Below, piece after piece: positions 29,826 to 39,227 of a stretch of DNA of 64,000 bases. Numbering within the stretch: the stretch's first letter is position 1; every line of letters starts with the position of its first letter. The stretch comes from Pseudomonadota bacterium (GTDB lineage Bacteria > Pseudomonadota > Gammaproteobacteria > Pseudomonadales > Moraxellaceae). The notes under the pieces are model-generated. The model saw nothing but the letters and a program-made list of their open reading frames with translations, searched no databases and was not told where the DNA came from. The stretch is taken from positions 3,370-67,369 of the forward strand of contig JAJXWR010000003.1 in assembly GCA_021781515.1 (NCBI GenBank), given 5' to 3'. The translations under genes and the position numbers were made by a program.

Positions 29826-30995
29826 ATGAGCAAAAATCCTGCCGTAACAATGAACTGGATGATTCCTCGCACGTTGTTCGGCCCAGAACATACGGATTTT
29901 CGTACCACAGTACGGCGTTTTTTTGCAGAAGAAGTTACACCGCATCGTGAACGCTTTGAGACACAACAACATGTAGACCGCGAACTCTGGCGCAAAGCCG
30001 GTGCGCTTGGGTTGCTGTGCCCGACAATGCCCGAGTCCTATGGTGGCTCAGGGGTGGATCGCCGTTTCAGCATGATTCTCATGGAAGAACAGGCCTATGC
30101 CGGGGACTCTGGATGTGGCTTTGCCTTACACTCTGATATTGTCGCGAATTATATCCAGCATTTTGGTACGCCAGCACAAAAAGAGCACTGGCTTCCCCGA
30201 ATGGCCTCCGGTGACACCATTACTGCCATTGCCATGACTGAACCAGGAACCGGTTCAGATCTACAAAATGTCCAGACCCGTGCTCACCGGCACGGCGATC
30301 ATTACATCCTGAATGGCTCGAAAATTTTCATTACCAATGGCTACCTCAGTGATCTGGTTATCGTTGTGGCACGCACGGAAGATGCCTCCGGTGCGGCGGC
30401 ATTGTCTCTGTTGCTGGTTGAATCCGGTTCCCCGGGGTTTAGCAAAGGCATGCCACTGAAAAAGATAGGAATGAAAGCCCAAGACACCTGTGAACTTTTT
30501 TTCCAGGACGTCTCGGTGCCGGTAACCAGTCGCCTGGGAGAAGAGGGCATGGGGTTTATCATGCTGATGCAGGAACTGGCCTGGGAACGCCTGATGATCG
30601 CCATCATGTGCATGGCCGGAGCGGAGTATGCACTGGCAGAAACGCTGGCCTACGTTCAGCAGCGAAAAGTCTTTGGAAAACCGGTGGCCAGTTTTCAAAA
30701 TACCCGCTTCACCCTGGCAGAACTGAAAACTGAAATCCAGATCGGTCGGGTATTTGTCGATCGCTGTATGGAACAACTCCTGGAAAGTACCCTGCAAATC
30801 GATGCGGCCGCCGCTGCCAAATACTGGTGCTCCGATCTGTTGAGCAAGGTAGTGGATGCATGTGTACAACTGCACGGCGGTTACGGGTATATGCTGGATT
30901 ATCCGATCGCCCGAGCCTGGATTGATATGCGTGCCAATCGCATCTATGGAGGTACCAATGAGATCATGAAAGAAATCATCAGCCGTACACTGTAG
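29826..30995 (+). CDS. Acyl-CoA dehydrogenase (classical ~390-aa type)
   Basis: The start at MSKNPAVTMNW follows a GGAGAG SD. Contains AIAMTEPGTGSDL, ITNG and QLHGGYGYMLDYPIARAW. Confidence 0.9.
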   Translation: MSKNPAVTMNWMIPRTLFGPEHTDFRTTVRRFFAEEVTPHRERFETQQHVDRELWRKAGALGLLCPTMPESYGGSGVDRRFSMILMEEQAYAGDSGCGFALHSDIVANYIQHFGTPAQKEHWLPRMASGDTITAIAMTEPGTGSDLQNVQTRAHRHGDHYILNGSKIFITNGYLSDLVIVVARTEDASGAAALSLLLVESGSPGFSKGMPLKKIGMKAQDTCELFFQDVSVPVTSRLGEEGMGFIMLMQELAWERLMIAIMCMAGAEYALAETLAYVQQRKVFGKPVASFQNTRFTLAELKTEIQIGRVFVDRCMEQLLESTLQIDAAAAAKYWCSDLLSKVVDACVQLHGGYGYMLDYPIARAWIDMRANRIYGGTNEIMKEIISRTL

Positions 30996-31007
30996 CTGAC
31001 CAGGCAC

Positions 31008-32462
31008 TCAGGTGCCGAACAGCCGGTGCCATATTTTTTTGATCCCCTGTTTGACCGAAGTGTTGTGTGCATGCTGAGCATGCCCTCGATGATTACGAGG
31101 GCTGGCATGCTCCGACGTTCTGCGCACCTGACTGAGTTCCCAATTGTCCTTCTTATGCCTTAATTCCTGATACAATACCGGCAGTTGAGTGTCTCCCGGC
31201 CGGATCATAAACGCCTTGTCCAGCAACTGATGCGCCAATACCCAGTCGTGCCGGGCTTCGGCGCGGCCGGCCAGTTGCAGAAAATCCCGCTCAATCCACA
31301 ACAATCCCTGCAATGCCTCTGGGTTCGCCGGAGCCACTTGCAGTACCCGGCGATACCAGTCCAGCGCACTATCCCCCGCCGGAGTCATCAAAAAGCCGGC
31401 CTGCCCCCGGGCATGTGCCACCCTCAACCAATGCCGTACCTGACTCGCCCGGAACCATTGTTCACCGAGGAACACGAGACTGATCGCCAACAACAAAACG
31501 CCGGGATAAACCATGATCCGCCGAATCCGTTGCAAACGGCCACGCCACACGGACGGCACGGGCGTCAGAGCGGCGATGCCCACTAATGTTACATCCACGT
31601 CCTGCGCCTGTAACTCTCTGGCCTGAATAGCATCGGCCAGTTCCTGCATTCCAGGAAACCGTTGTTCCGGTGATTTAGCCAACAACCTGTCCACCACCGG
31701 CTGCCAACCCTGTCGCTGCACAGGCAGTTGCGGTGCCGGCATCTGCAACTGGTTGATCAGTGTCGTCGCATACTGCTCAGCCCGATAAGGATTATGCCCC
31801 AACAGCAATTCCAGCAGAACAATGCCAACACTGTACTGATCGCTGCGCACATCCACTGCCGCCGCCATGACCTGCTCCGGACTGCTATAAGCAGGACTGC
31901 CAACGACGGTACCGGTCTGGGTCAACTCCAGATTGACATCATGGCGTCTGGCAATACCAAAGTCACTCAATACCAGCGACTCATCTTCACGAAAAAGAAT
32001 ATTGGCGGGTTTAATATCCCGATGCACGATGCCTTCTGCATGAATGGCACGCAGTGCTTCCACCAGTTGTAACATCCATTGACTGATGAGTGAATCGGAC
32101 AATCCGGCTTTTATACGGGTACGCAAATCACCACCGGCCAATCGCTCCATCGTAATATAGGGCCGACCATCATCTAGCACCCCCACATCATGAATCGTCA
32201 CGACATGGCGATGATTGATGGCCGCCAACAGACGGGCTTCCTGGAGAAAGCGCTGAATCAGCGCCGTATCCCCTTCCTTCATGACCTTGACCGCCACCGG
32301 TCGTTCCAGTCCTTGTTGTACAGCGGCATAAACCACCGCCATCCCCCCTTCAGCAATCACCCCCTCAATATGACACCCAGGAACCAGCAACTGATCATAT
32401 GTATTTTCTGTATTGATTTGGTCTTTCTGAGGCACTATCGGATAACGCTGCTTGTCCCCCAT
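31008..32462 (-). CDS. Ser/Thr protein kinase with a TM segment and a C-terminal TPR-like region
   Basis: Hanks motifs: GGMAVVY, AVKV, HRDIKPANILF, DFGIA, SPAYSSPEQ. A hydrophobic segment (VYPGVLLLAISLVFL) is followed by a helical repeat region. I prefer the ATG at 32462; the GTG at 32471 is also possible. Confidence 0.85.
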   Translation of the reverse strand: MGDKQRYPIVPQKDQINTENTYDQLLVPGCHIEGVIAEGGMAVVYAAVQQGLERPVAVKVMKEGDTALIQRFLQEARLLAAINHRHVVTIHDVGVLDDGRPYITMERLAGGDLRTRIKAGLSDSLISQWMLQLVEALRAIHAEGIVHRDIKPANILFREDESLVLSDFGIARRHDVNLELTQTGTVVGSPAYSSPEQVMAAAVDVRSDQYSVGIVLLELLLGHNPYRAEQYATTLINQLQMPAPQLPVQRQGWQPVVDRLLAKSPEQRFPGMQELADAIQARELQAQDVDVTLVGIAALTPVPSVWRGRLQRIRRIMVYPGVLLLAISLVFLGEQWFRASQVRHWLRVAHARGQAGFLMTPAGDSALDWYRRVLQVAPANPEALQGLLWIERDFLQLAGRAEARHDWVLAHQLLDKAFMIRPGDTQLPVLYQELRHKKDNWELSQVRRTSEHASPRNHRGHAQHAHNTSVKQGIKKIWHRLFGT

Positions 32463-32574
32463 CCTGATCACACTCCATCGGGTCTTGCCAAGCGGCTATT
32501 TTACGCTCAGAATCGCCATGAATACAGATACAATACTGAAGCTTTACCAAAAGCCATTGAGAACAGGATTTCCC

Positions 32575-33465
32575 ATGCAAACTGCTCAACCTGCCATTTG
32601 TGCACCACTGCCTTTACACGCCAGGGTACTGCTCTTTGATCTGCAATTCTCCAACCGGCAAACTGCGAATTTGACAACCGCCTTGCGGCATTTACAGGAT
32701 CTAATCAATGGAAAAGACCGGGCGGCGGGATTGGGCTGGCCAGTACTCAGTGCACTGAATGCCCGGCTGGACGGCCTACAGCCCTTCCCGCAACCGCTGA
32801 GTCCTGCATTCATCCCCGCTACACCTTATGCCTTGTGGATATGGATCCGCGGCGATGAAGCCGGAGAGATATTTCACCAGTCCCGTCAGTGCATCAACCG
32901 TCTGGCCCCGACATTTCGCCTACGTGCCGTGCGGGAACTGGCACTGTATGCAGAAGGTCGTGACCTGACCGGGTACCGGGATGGTACCGAGAACCCCAGC
33001 GGGGACGCCATCAGCGACACGGCCTTCCTGCACGAAGGATCCCCCGGAATGCGTGGTTCCAGTTTTCTGGCGCTGCAAACCTGGCAACACGACTGGAATG
33101 CGCTGGATCAGTTGAATGAAGCCAGCAGGAACCTGATCATTGGCAGAACGCAGCGCGATGATCATGAAATAGCAGAAGCACCGGCCACCGCCCATATTCG
33201 TCGAACCGCTCAAGAAGACTTTCAACCAGAGGCCTTTCTCTGGCGCCGTTCCATGCCCTGGATTCACGTCATGGACGCCGGATTACTGTTTCAGGCTTTT
33301 GCAGCCTCTGTCACTGCCTTTGCTGCTCAGATCCACCGCATGTCAGGCCAGGAAGATGGCCTGGTTGATGAATTATTTCGTATCAGCACCCCCATTGACG
33401 GGGCTTACTTCTGGTGCCCGCCCATGCACCATGGCGCACTGGATTTGCGCCAGTTGGCGATTTGA
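32575..33465 (+). CDS. Dye-decolorizing (Dyp-type) peroxidase
   Basis: GYRDGTENP matches the Dyp GxxDG motif, with a ferredoxin-like two-domain length. The start is uncertain: ATG 32575 has an AGGA upstream, and ATG 32518 is also in frame. Confidence 0.75.
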   Translation: MQTAQPAICAPLPLHARVLLFDLQFSNRQTANLTTALRHLQDLINGKDRAAGLGWPVLSALNARLDGLQPFPQPLSPAFIPATPYALWIWIRGDEAGEIFHQSRQCINRLAPTFRLRAVRELALYAEGRDLTGYRDGTENPSGDAISDTAFLHEGSPGMRGSSFLALQTWQHDWNALDQLNEASRNLIIGRTQRDDHEIAEAPATAHIRRTAQEDFQPEAFLWRRSMPWIHVMDAGLLFQAFAASVTAFAAQIHRMSGQEDGLVDELFRISTPIDGAYFWCPPMHHGALDLRQLAI

Positions 33466-33488
33466 TGACCACCCTTGGCTGCTAACGC

Positions 33489-35087
33489 ATGAGTCACTGG
33501 GATCTGCTTTATCACTGGTTGAACCTGCACGCCTATCTCGTGCCCTTGTTCATATTTTTGAGTGCGACACTAGAAGCCCTGGCCGTGGTGGGTATTGTCA
33601 TTCCGGGTATTGCACTGCTCTTTGCTCTGACCTTGATTGCCGGACGCAATGACCTGAACTTTTATCTGATCGCCGCCTCGGGTATGGGAGGTGCCATGAC
33701 TGGAGATGGCATCAGTTTCTGGCTAGGCAAATATTTTCAAAAACGCACCGAGGCACTTTGGCCCTTCCGCAGTCACCCACAATGGCTGGCCCAGGGAGAA
33801 GCTTTTTTTTACAAGTACGGCGGCGCCAGTATCATCATCGGCCGTTTTGTCGGTCCATTACGCACATTTGTACCACTTTGTGCCGGTATCCTGAACATGC
33901 CAGGCTGGCGCTTCACCGCCATGAATCTGCTCTCGGCGCTGGCCTGGGCTCCTTTCCATATCCTTCCAGGGTATTTGCTGGGATCGGCGTTTGATGACCC
34001 ATTGATGCCCGGTAAACATCAGATCTGGTTTCTGATCGGGTTGAGCCTGCTGATTTTCTTATCAATCAAAATCATGTTGTTATTACACCGCACTGGACAA
34101 CCCTTACTCCGCCAACTCAGCACCCAACTACCAGACATCCGACTGCTGTTCAGCCCCAACCTTCCTCTGCAGGGAACCCAGTTAGGCCCCCTGCTCCTGG
34201 CCCTGTTTTTTTTCAGCAGCTACCTGTTATTAAGTCTGAGCCTGCACACGCACTGTATACACTGGCTCAATGCGGCAGTCAGTACGCAACTCGACGGCCT
34301 CAAACAACCCTTTCTGGATTACCTGTTTGTGGCGCTTTCGGTGTTAGGGAACCACAAACCCATGGTGGCCATGAGTGGATTCCTGATTTTTTACTGGATC
34401 GGCCGAGGTGCCTATGGTACAGCAAGCATTGGTGCTCTGGCTAACCTGCTGGGTCTGTGGCTGATTCCGTGGCTGATCAACACCTTTGGGCCACTCACCC
34501 CCATCACCACCCTCATCGCCTTCCCCAGTCCCGAAGCCTTGACCACGGTGCTGATCTGGGGATTTACCGGTGTCGTCATGGCACGGACACTGGCACCGCA
34601 GCAACACGGTCGTCCCCTCGCCCTGGTCACCACGTTAAGCACACTGGCCCTGGCTTCAGGTCTTTATCTGCACCATTACACCTTTGCCGCCGTTCTTGGC
34701 GGCCTGTTGTTGGGTGCTGGCATTCTGACACTGCTGCGTTATCTGTATTACCACCTGTGTCATCAAGCACTGACCGCCCGGGAAATGACTATCATTGTGC
34801 TGGCGGCATTGATTCTGATCAGCCTGAGCATGGTACTGCCGGAGATGCAGGAAGCCATTGGCTCCTATGCGCCACTGCAACCCCCCCTCGCTCAGCACCG
34901 TGCCATGAGAATCAGTCACCACCGCCATGACCATATCCGCCGCAGGCCCGCTGCACCTCCCGTGCAGTGCGCAACACCGGTGCCCGTTCCGCTGCGGGGG
35001 CTAAAATCTGTGCCTGTACCAGCCACTGCTGAACCTCCGGCTGACAAGAACGCCCCTCCAGGTGCCATAAATCGGCCAAATTATTAA
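33489..35087 (+). CDS. DedA-family membrane protein fused to a degenerate PAP2-like membrane domain
   Basis: The N-terminal half has GDGISFWLGKYF and IIIGRFVGPLRTFVPLCAG (DedA/SNARE-associated). The C-terminal half is polytopic with AFPSPEA and LYLHHYTFAAVLGG at the positions of the PAP2 PSGH and SR..H...D motifs. The last ~60 codons are low-complexity and overlap the convergent gene. Confidence 0.7.
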   Translation: MSHWDLLYHWLNLHAYLVPLFIFLSATLEALAVVGIVIPGIALLFALTLIAGRNDLNFYLIAASGMGGAMTGDGISFWLGKYFQKRTEALWPFRSHPQWLAQGEAFFYKYGGASIIIGRFVGPLRTFVPLCAGILNMPGWRFTAMNLLSALAWAPFHILPGYLLGSAFDDPLMPGKHQIWFLIGLSLLIFLSIKIMLLLHRTGQPLLRQLSTQLPDIRLLFSPNLPLQGTQLGPLLLALFFFSSYLLLSLSLHTHCIHWLNAAVSTQLDGLKQPFLDYLFVALSVLGNHKPMVAMSGFLIFYWIGRGAYGTASIGALANLLGLWLIPWLINTFGPLTPITTLIAFPSPEALTTVLIWGFTGVVMARTLAPQQHGRPLALVTTLSTLALASGLYLHHYTFAAVLGGLLLGAGILTLLRYLYYHLCHQALTAREMTIIVLAALILISLSMVLPEMQEAIGSYAPLQPPLAQHRAMRISHHRHDHIRRRPAAPPVQCATPVPVPLRGLKSVPVPATAEPPADKNAPPGAINRPNY

Positions 35088-35880
35088 ACCCTCGCCAGTC
35101 TTTTGGAAAAAAACCGATGGACGCCCGATAGGCTTGCTCCGCCCGCCCCCAGTCTTTAGCCTCCCGCCAGGCATTCCCTTCCAGCAGCAACAGACGGGGA
35201 TCATGTACCTCACGCTGCGCCAGCGCCGCATAGGCCAGCGCCGCCCTGTCTGGACGCACCCGCTCCAGATCCAAAGCAGCATTCAATAACACTGAAACCT
35301 GCAGGTCACCGCCTTGTGTGTTCAAACGCAACGGATCGACCAAGACAATCCCCCACCCACCGGCACGTATCCAGAGACGCTCCAGTAGAGGCAATGGCCA
35401 ACGTACCGGATGATCTTGCCCTGCATTGACCCACCAGGATTGTTCATTGGCAGAAAACCCCGTAACCACCACATAATGCCACCGCGGCCACCAGGAATAC
35501 GCCAGATTGACTAACAATAGCGGCACCCGCCCGTGGTGCAGTGCCGTCCATAACTCCGGTAAACGCCCATCCAACTGAATCACCAGCATCCCCTGAAGCC
35601 GGGCAGCCGCTGCCATTTCCACCTGCAGGGTTCCCTGTTTTTCCGGGAGATACAGCGCCTCTGTCAAATCAGCGGGCTGCTTGCTAACCCCCATACAGGT
35701 CAGCACCATCGCCAACGCCGTCGGACCGCATAAATGCCCCGAGTCCACATAAGCAGGCACTGACAATCGCAGGTTCTGCTGCAATATCGGCGCATGCACC
35801 TGACGCAACTGCCCGGTTTGCGGTGGCAAACAGCCCGACAGCGCCAAAAGTACCGCCAGCACCCCAATCCGGCGGTACAT
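34912..35880 (-). CDS. C39-like cysteine peptidase with TPR repeats (PA2778-family-like)
   Basis: The start at MYRRIGVLAVLLALSGC gives a lipobox. HLCGPTALAMVL is the papain-like catalytic Cys context of C39-type peptidase domains, with HYVVVTG later. The C-terminal part has TPR-like helices. Confidence 0.65.
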   Translation of the reverse strand: MYRRIGVLAVLLALSGCLPPQTGQLRQVHAPILQQNLRLSVPAYVDSGHLCGPTALAMVLTCMGVSKQPADLTEALYLPEKQGTLQVEMAAAARLQGMLVIQLDGRLPELWTALHHGRVPLLLVNLAYSWWPRWHYVVVTGFSANEQSWWVNAGQDHPVRWPLPLLERLWIRAGGWGIVLVDPLRLNTQGGDLQVSVLLNAALDLERVRPDRAALAYAALAQREVHDPRLLLLEGNAWREAKDWGRAEQAYRASIGFFPKDWRGFNNLADLWHLEGRSCQPEVQQWLVQAQILAPAAERAPVLRTAREVQRACGGYGHGGGD

Positions 35881-35893
35881 TAGGCAGCAACGC

Positions 35894-36280
35894 TCAGCGA
35901 CGAATGGATCGGGTAAACGGAAATACTTTGGTAAATCCAAGGATATCGGTAATTAACAACAGCACGAAAATAAATACCAAGGTCCCAATAATATCCATTC
36001 CCCCCGCAGGAACCGACTGAACATGCGTATAGACCTGATGCACTTCCGCATCACTCAATGCAGCCACCCGCGCAGTCGCCCGCTCAGGAGAAACCCCCCA
36101 TTGCCGCAAATGCGCCGCCACTTCCTGCCGTGCCAAAAATGCCGCAACCGCCTGACGTTCCTGTAGCGCCGCCGGAGCGCTCTCAGGATGCACAATCTGC
36201 TCACTGGCCACCCAATCCGCCCGGGCCGGCACCCACACCGACAGCAACACCAGCAATAAAACCCGGCTGACTCCTTTCAT
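35894..36280 (-). CDS. Small secreted/anchored protein (PA2779-family-like)
   Basis: The start at MKGVSRVLLLVLLSVWVPARA gives a signal peptide. Contains AAFLARQEVAAHLRQWGVSPERATARVAALSDAEV, PAGG and a C-terminal TM (IIGTLVFIFVLLLI). It ends 13 nt before the peptidase start. Confidence 0.6.
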   Translation of the reverse strand: MKGVSRVLLLVLLSVWVPARADWVASEQIVHPESAPAALQERQAVAAFLARQEVAAHLRQWGVSPERATARVAALSDAEVHQVYTHVQSVPAGGMDIIGTLVFIFVLLLITDILGFTKVFPFTRSIRR

Positions 36281-36484
36281 CCAAACAAGACGTTTCTGCT
36301 GCACAATAAGTTGACTCCAAAAAATAAAAAAACAGAAAAACAGAAAAACAGCAACACCAGCACAACAAATATACCGGTCTGCACCGCAGGAATCCAGCAA
36401 CCAACAATTAAAAAAAAATTGAATGTGATACCGTTCACATTCCGGCAACCCGGACACTGACCCCGAGGCCACGGTACCTGGTGC

Positions 36485-37086
36485 TCAGGGCAATGCCGAC
36501 TTTGGTCTGAAGCTGCGCACGACGTCCGGGTGCGTTGTCACATGCGGCCCCTCCAACAATTCAATACAATAAGGTACCGCCGCAAAAATACCGGGAACCA
36601 GAGAGTTCCCCTCGGCATCACGCACCCCCTTCCAGCGTTTCCTGTATCGCTTTAGGCTGCCCGGGCAAGTTAAGAATCAAGGTATTGCGCCGGATTACCC
36701 CCAGTTGCCGGGACAACAGCGCTGTGGGCACAAAATGCAGACTGATCTGCCGCATCTGCTCACCAAAACCCGGCATCAATCGATCCGCCACCGCCATCGT
36801 GGCCTCAGGCGTTACATCCCGCCGCGCAGGCCCAGTACCTCCAGTGGTCAACACCAGATGACAACCTTGTTGATCCACCAGATCGAGCAACGTCGCCGCA
36901 ATCTGTTCCTGTTCATCCGCCACGAGGCATTTAACCAGCACATACGGACTGGCCAGTGCCCGAGCCAACCATGCTTCCAGTGCCGGCAAACCAGCATCGG
37001 GATACACCCCCTGCGAAGCACGATCCGATACCGAAATCCGCCTATCTTAACTTAGAATCGCCAGCTTTCAACAAATACCGAGGCAT
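36485..37086 (-). pseudogene. mogA: Molybdopterin adenylyltransferase MogA, disrupted by three frameshifts
   Basis: The central frame (ORF 36618..37007) matches E. coli MogA closely (CHLVLTTGGTGPARRDVTPEAT...MPGFGEQMRQISLHFVPTA...LILNLPGQPKAIQETLEG). The conserved continuation VRDAEGN...GIFAAVPYCIELLEGP...FRPKS is in another frame after a C5 run (36625-36629). The N-terminal KLR / IGG / ISVSDRAS segment is split over three frames around 37035-37047. Confidence 0.7.
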
Positions 37087-37392
37087 CACACCAGAGCACC
37101 ACTGACTTATCCGCAGACAAATCGACGGCCACGCAGATGAAAACTTCGGTATAGGAATGATCGGTTTCATACAATAAAGCGCAATTACGCTGAGGACCGG
37201 ATTATCTTTTGCTAACATGAACACCGCCCCCTGATGCACAGAAAGCGGATGTATATTGATTTTTATAAAAATCACAGAACACCAAACTCATCCCCCCCGC
37301 CGTCAATCTGGAGATTTTCAGCGGGGTTTTGTGCACCACCTGACTGACCTACAACCCCCTCCCCTTCAACCAATCAAGATGAGGGAGAAATC

Positions 37393-39099
37393 TCAGTTCG
37401 GCTCTCCCGTCGCTGTGTTCAGAATCAGTGCCTGCGTATTTGGTGCCTGACTGAAATTGAACATATTATTGATTGAACCTGCCTGATTATCGAATGAGCC
37501 TGGAATGCGTTGCCCGCTTAACCAGTTATCTTCTACAAAGCGGATAACCGAAGACTGATCCGTGAGTGTATGATCCACATAATTGGTTTTTGCATAGGGG
37601 GAAATCACCAGGAACGGCTGCCGGGTGCCATGCCCGCAACGCCCCTGCACCACACCCGCCGCATTACTCAACTGCGCTCCAACGCTTATACAATCCGCCA
37701 GACGGTCATAATTCGACAACCCCACTTTGCTCAGATCCGACCCATTGACAATATTGGATTTGTTGTAAGCATGGTCGTACCAGCCGTCTGAATCATCATA
37801 AAGAATGACAATGGCCGTTTCATTCCAGTTCGGTGATTGCATGACATTATTCACCACAGTCACTAAAAACTGCTGCTCATCCAGTGGATCGGAATAGCCC
37901 GCATGTCCTTGGCCAATGCGCGGTGCCTTGACAAAAGAAACCGCCGGCAGGTTATTGGCACTCAATGCGGCATAAAAATCATTCAGATCATACTGGTGAT
38001 TCGCACCGCCATCATTCGATGTACCAATGACCGCCACAGAAGTAGGACGTGTATGATTCAGGTTCTGTGTCGATTTGTAATACTGGAACGCTTCATGATG
38101 CGGCACATAATCCTTCGAGGTCGAGTTAGTCACCACCGAGAAAGTAGACCGGGCACACCCTGTGGTGCCATTAACATTGGACGCCGTCAGATCGAATCCG
38201 CCCTGGAACCAGCCCCAGGTAACATTGCTCTTGTTCAACAGATCACCGATATTGGTACCGTTCATGCTGAAAGTAAAACTACCGCTACCGGAAGACGAGC
38301 AGGCATCGCCGACCGGATCATCATCATCCACATCGGTGAAGCCTTTCTGCCCGTCCGGCACCAGTGTGGCCGCCAGATTACCATTCGCATCCTTATATTC
38401 ATCATAACTGCCATCTGCTGCAGGGACAGCACCCGTGGCCGGTACTGCGCCATTGGTATTCCCTGATACCAGATTCAGTGCCCCCACCGTCGACGGCCCG
38501 AATGTCGTACTGTAGGAATTGTCACTCATGGCAAAATGCTGCGCATAATTCCACAGTGCGGTTACTGTATTCCCGTCATAGTAGCCCATGACCAGATTAG
38601 TCGGTGACTGTGTCGTTGGGTTAACGGAACCTGTAAAGAACGGAAACAGATCCATCGCCCCATTATCAAAAGCCCCCTGCTCGGCCGGATACGCATGATT
38701 CTGATCTGGAGTGGCCGCCTGGCTGAAAATGCGATCCAGGCGGAACGGATTATTCGGTCCCGTTCCATTTTTGGCATTCTGGCTGTTCGGATTATTCACC
38801 AGCAAACTGGCGGTCAGACCATTGACTACCGGCGTTCCTGCCGCTGCCGTAAACGTCGGTTCACCAACGGGATTCAAGGCATTCGGGTAGGTGGCAAAAT
38901 AATGATCAAAGGAAACATTTTCCTGAAACACCACCACCAGGTGCTTGATCGGCGTTGAAGTCTGGAATTGATCCGCCGGCGATACCACGGCGGTGGAGGC
39001 AGCACCGGACGAACCACCGGAATGACAGCCACACAGGGCCAATCCAAACAGACTGATGCCAGCCACAGGGCCAGCGACTGCTTTCATGCGTTTATTCAT
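37393..39099 (-). CDS. Phosphoesterase-family protein (AcpA acid phosphatase / non-haemolytic phospholipase C family), lipoprotein
   Basis: The start at MNKRMKAVAGPVAGISLFGLALCGC gives a lipobox. IKHLVVVFQENVSFDHYFATYP is the hallmark N-terminal block of the Phosphoesterase (PF04185-type) family. Confidence 0.8.
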   Translation of the reverse strand: MNKRMKAVAGPVAGISLFGLALCGCHSGGSSGAASTAVVSPADQFQTSTPIKHLVVVFQENVSFDHYFATYPNALNPVGEPTFTAAAGTPVVNGLTASLLVNNPNSQNAKNGTGPNNPFRLDRIFSQAATPDQNHAYPAEQGAFDNGAMDLFPFFTGSVNPTTQSPTNLVMGYYDGNTVTALWNYAQHFAMSDNSYSTTFGPSTVGALNLVSGNTNGAVPATGAVPAADGSYDEYKDANGNLAATLVPDGQKGFTDVDDDDPVGDACSSSGSGSFTFSMNGTNIGDLLNKSNVTWGWFQGGFDLTASNVNGTTGCARSTFSVVTNSTSKDYVPHHEAFQYYKSTQNLNHTRPTSVAVIGTSNDGGANHQYDLNDFYAALSANNLPAVSFVKAPRIGQGHAGYSDPLDEQQFLVTVVNNVMQSPNWNETAIVILYDDSDGWYDHAYNKSNIVNGSDLSKVGLSNYDRLADCISVGAQLSNAAGVVQGRCGHGTRQPFLVISPYAKTNYVDHTLTDQSSVIRFVEDNWLSGQRIPGSFDNQAGSINNMFNFSQAPNTQALILNTATGEPN

Positions 39100-39209
39100 A
39101 AGCCTATTCTTCCAACAGTTCAATGGATTTTCAGATGTCCTTGCCGTGTAATCCCGAGCAAAACCACAGTGGATTGCAGCCAAAGCCGATCTGAGGCTAA
39201 CTGATCCAT

Positions 39210-39227
39210 ATGACTCATTGATGACAA
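39210..39227 (-). promoter_or_regulatory. Pho-box-like direct repeat upstream of the AcpA-like gene
   Basis: The minus strand reads TTGTCAT-CAAT-GAGTCAT: two 7-mers at 11-bp phasing. The E. coli consensus is CTGTCAT-AWAW-CTGTCAY. The site lies about 110 nt upstream of the start codon. Confidence 0.35.

Noticed and set aside
37042-37275. 77-aa minus-strand ORF
   Set aside because: Only its last ~15 codons (MPRYLLKAGDSKLR) make sense, as the displaced N-terminus of the frameshifted mogA. The rest is probably non-coding.
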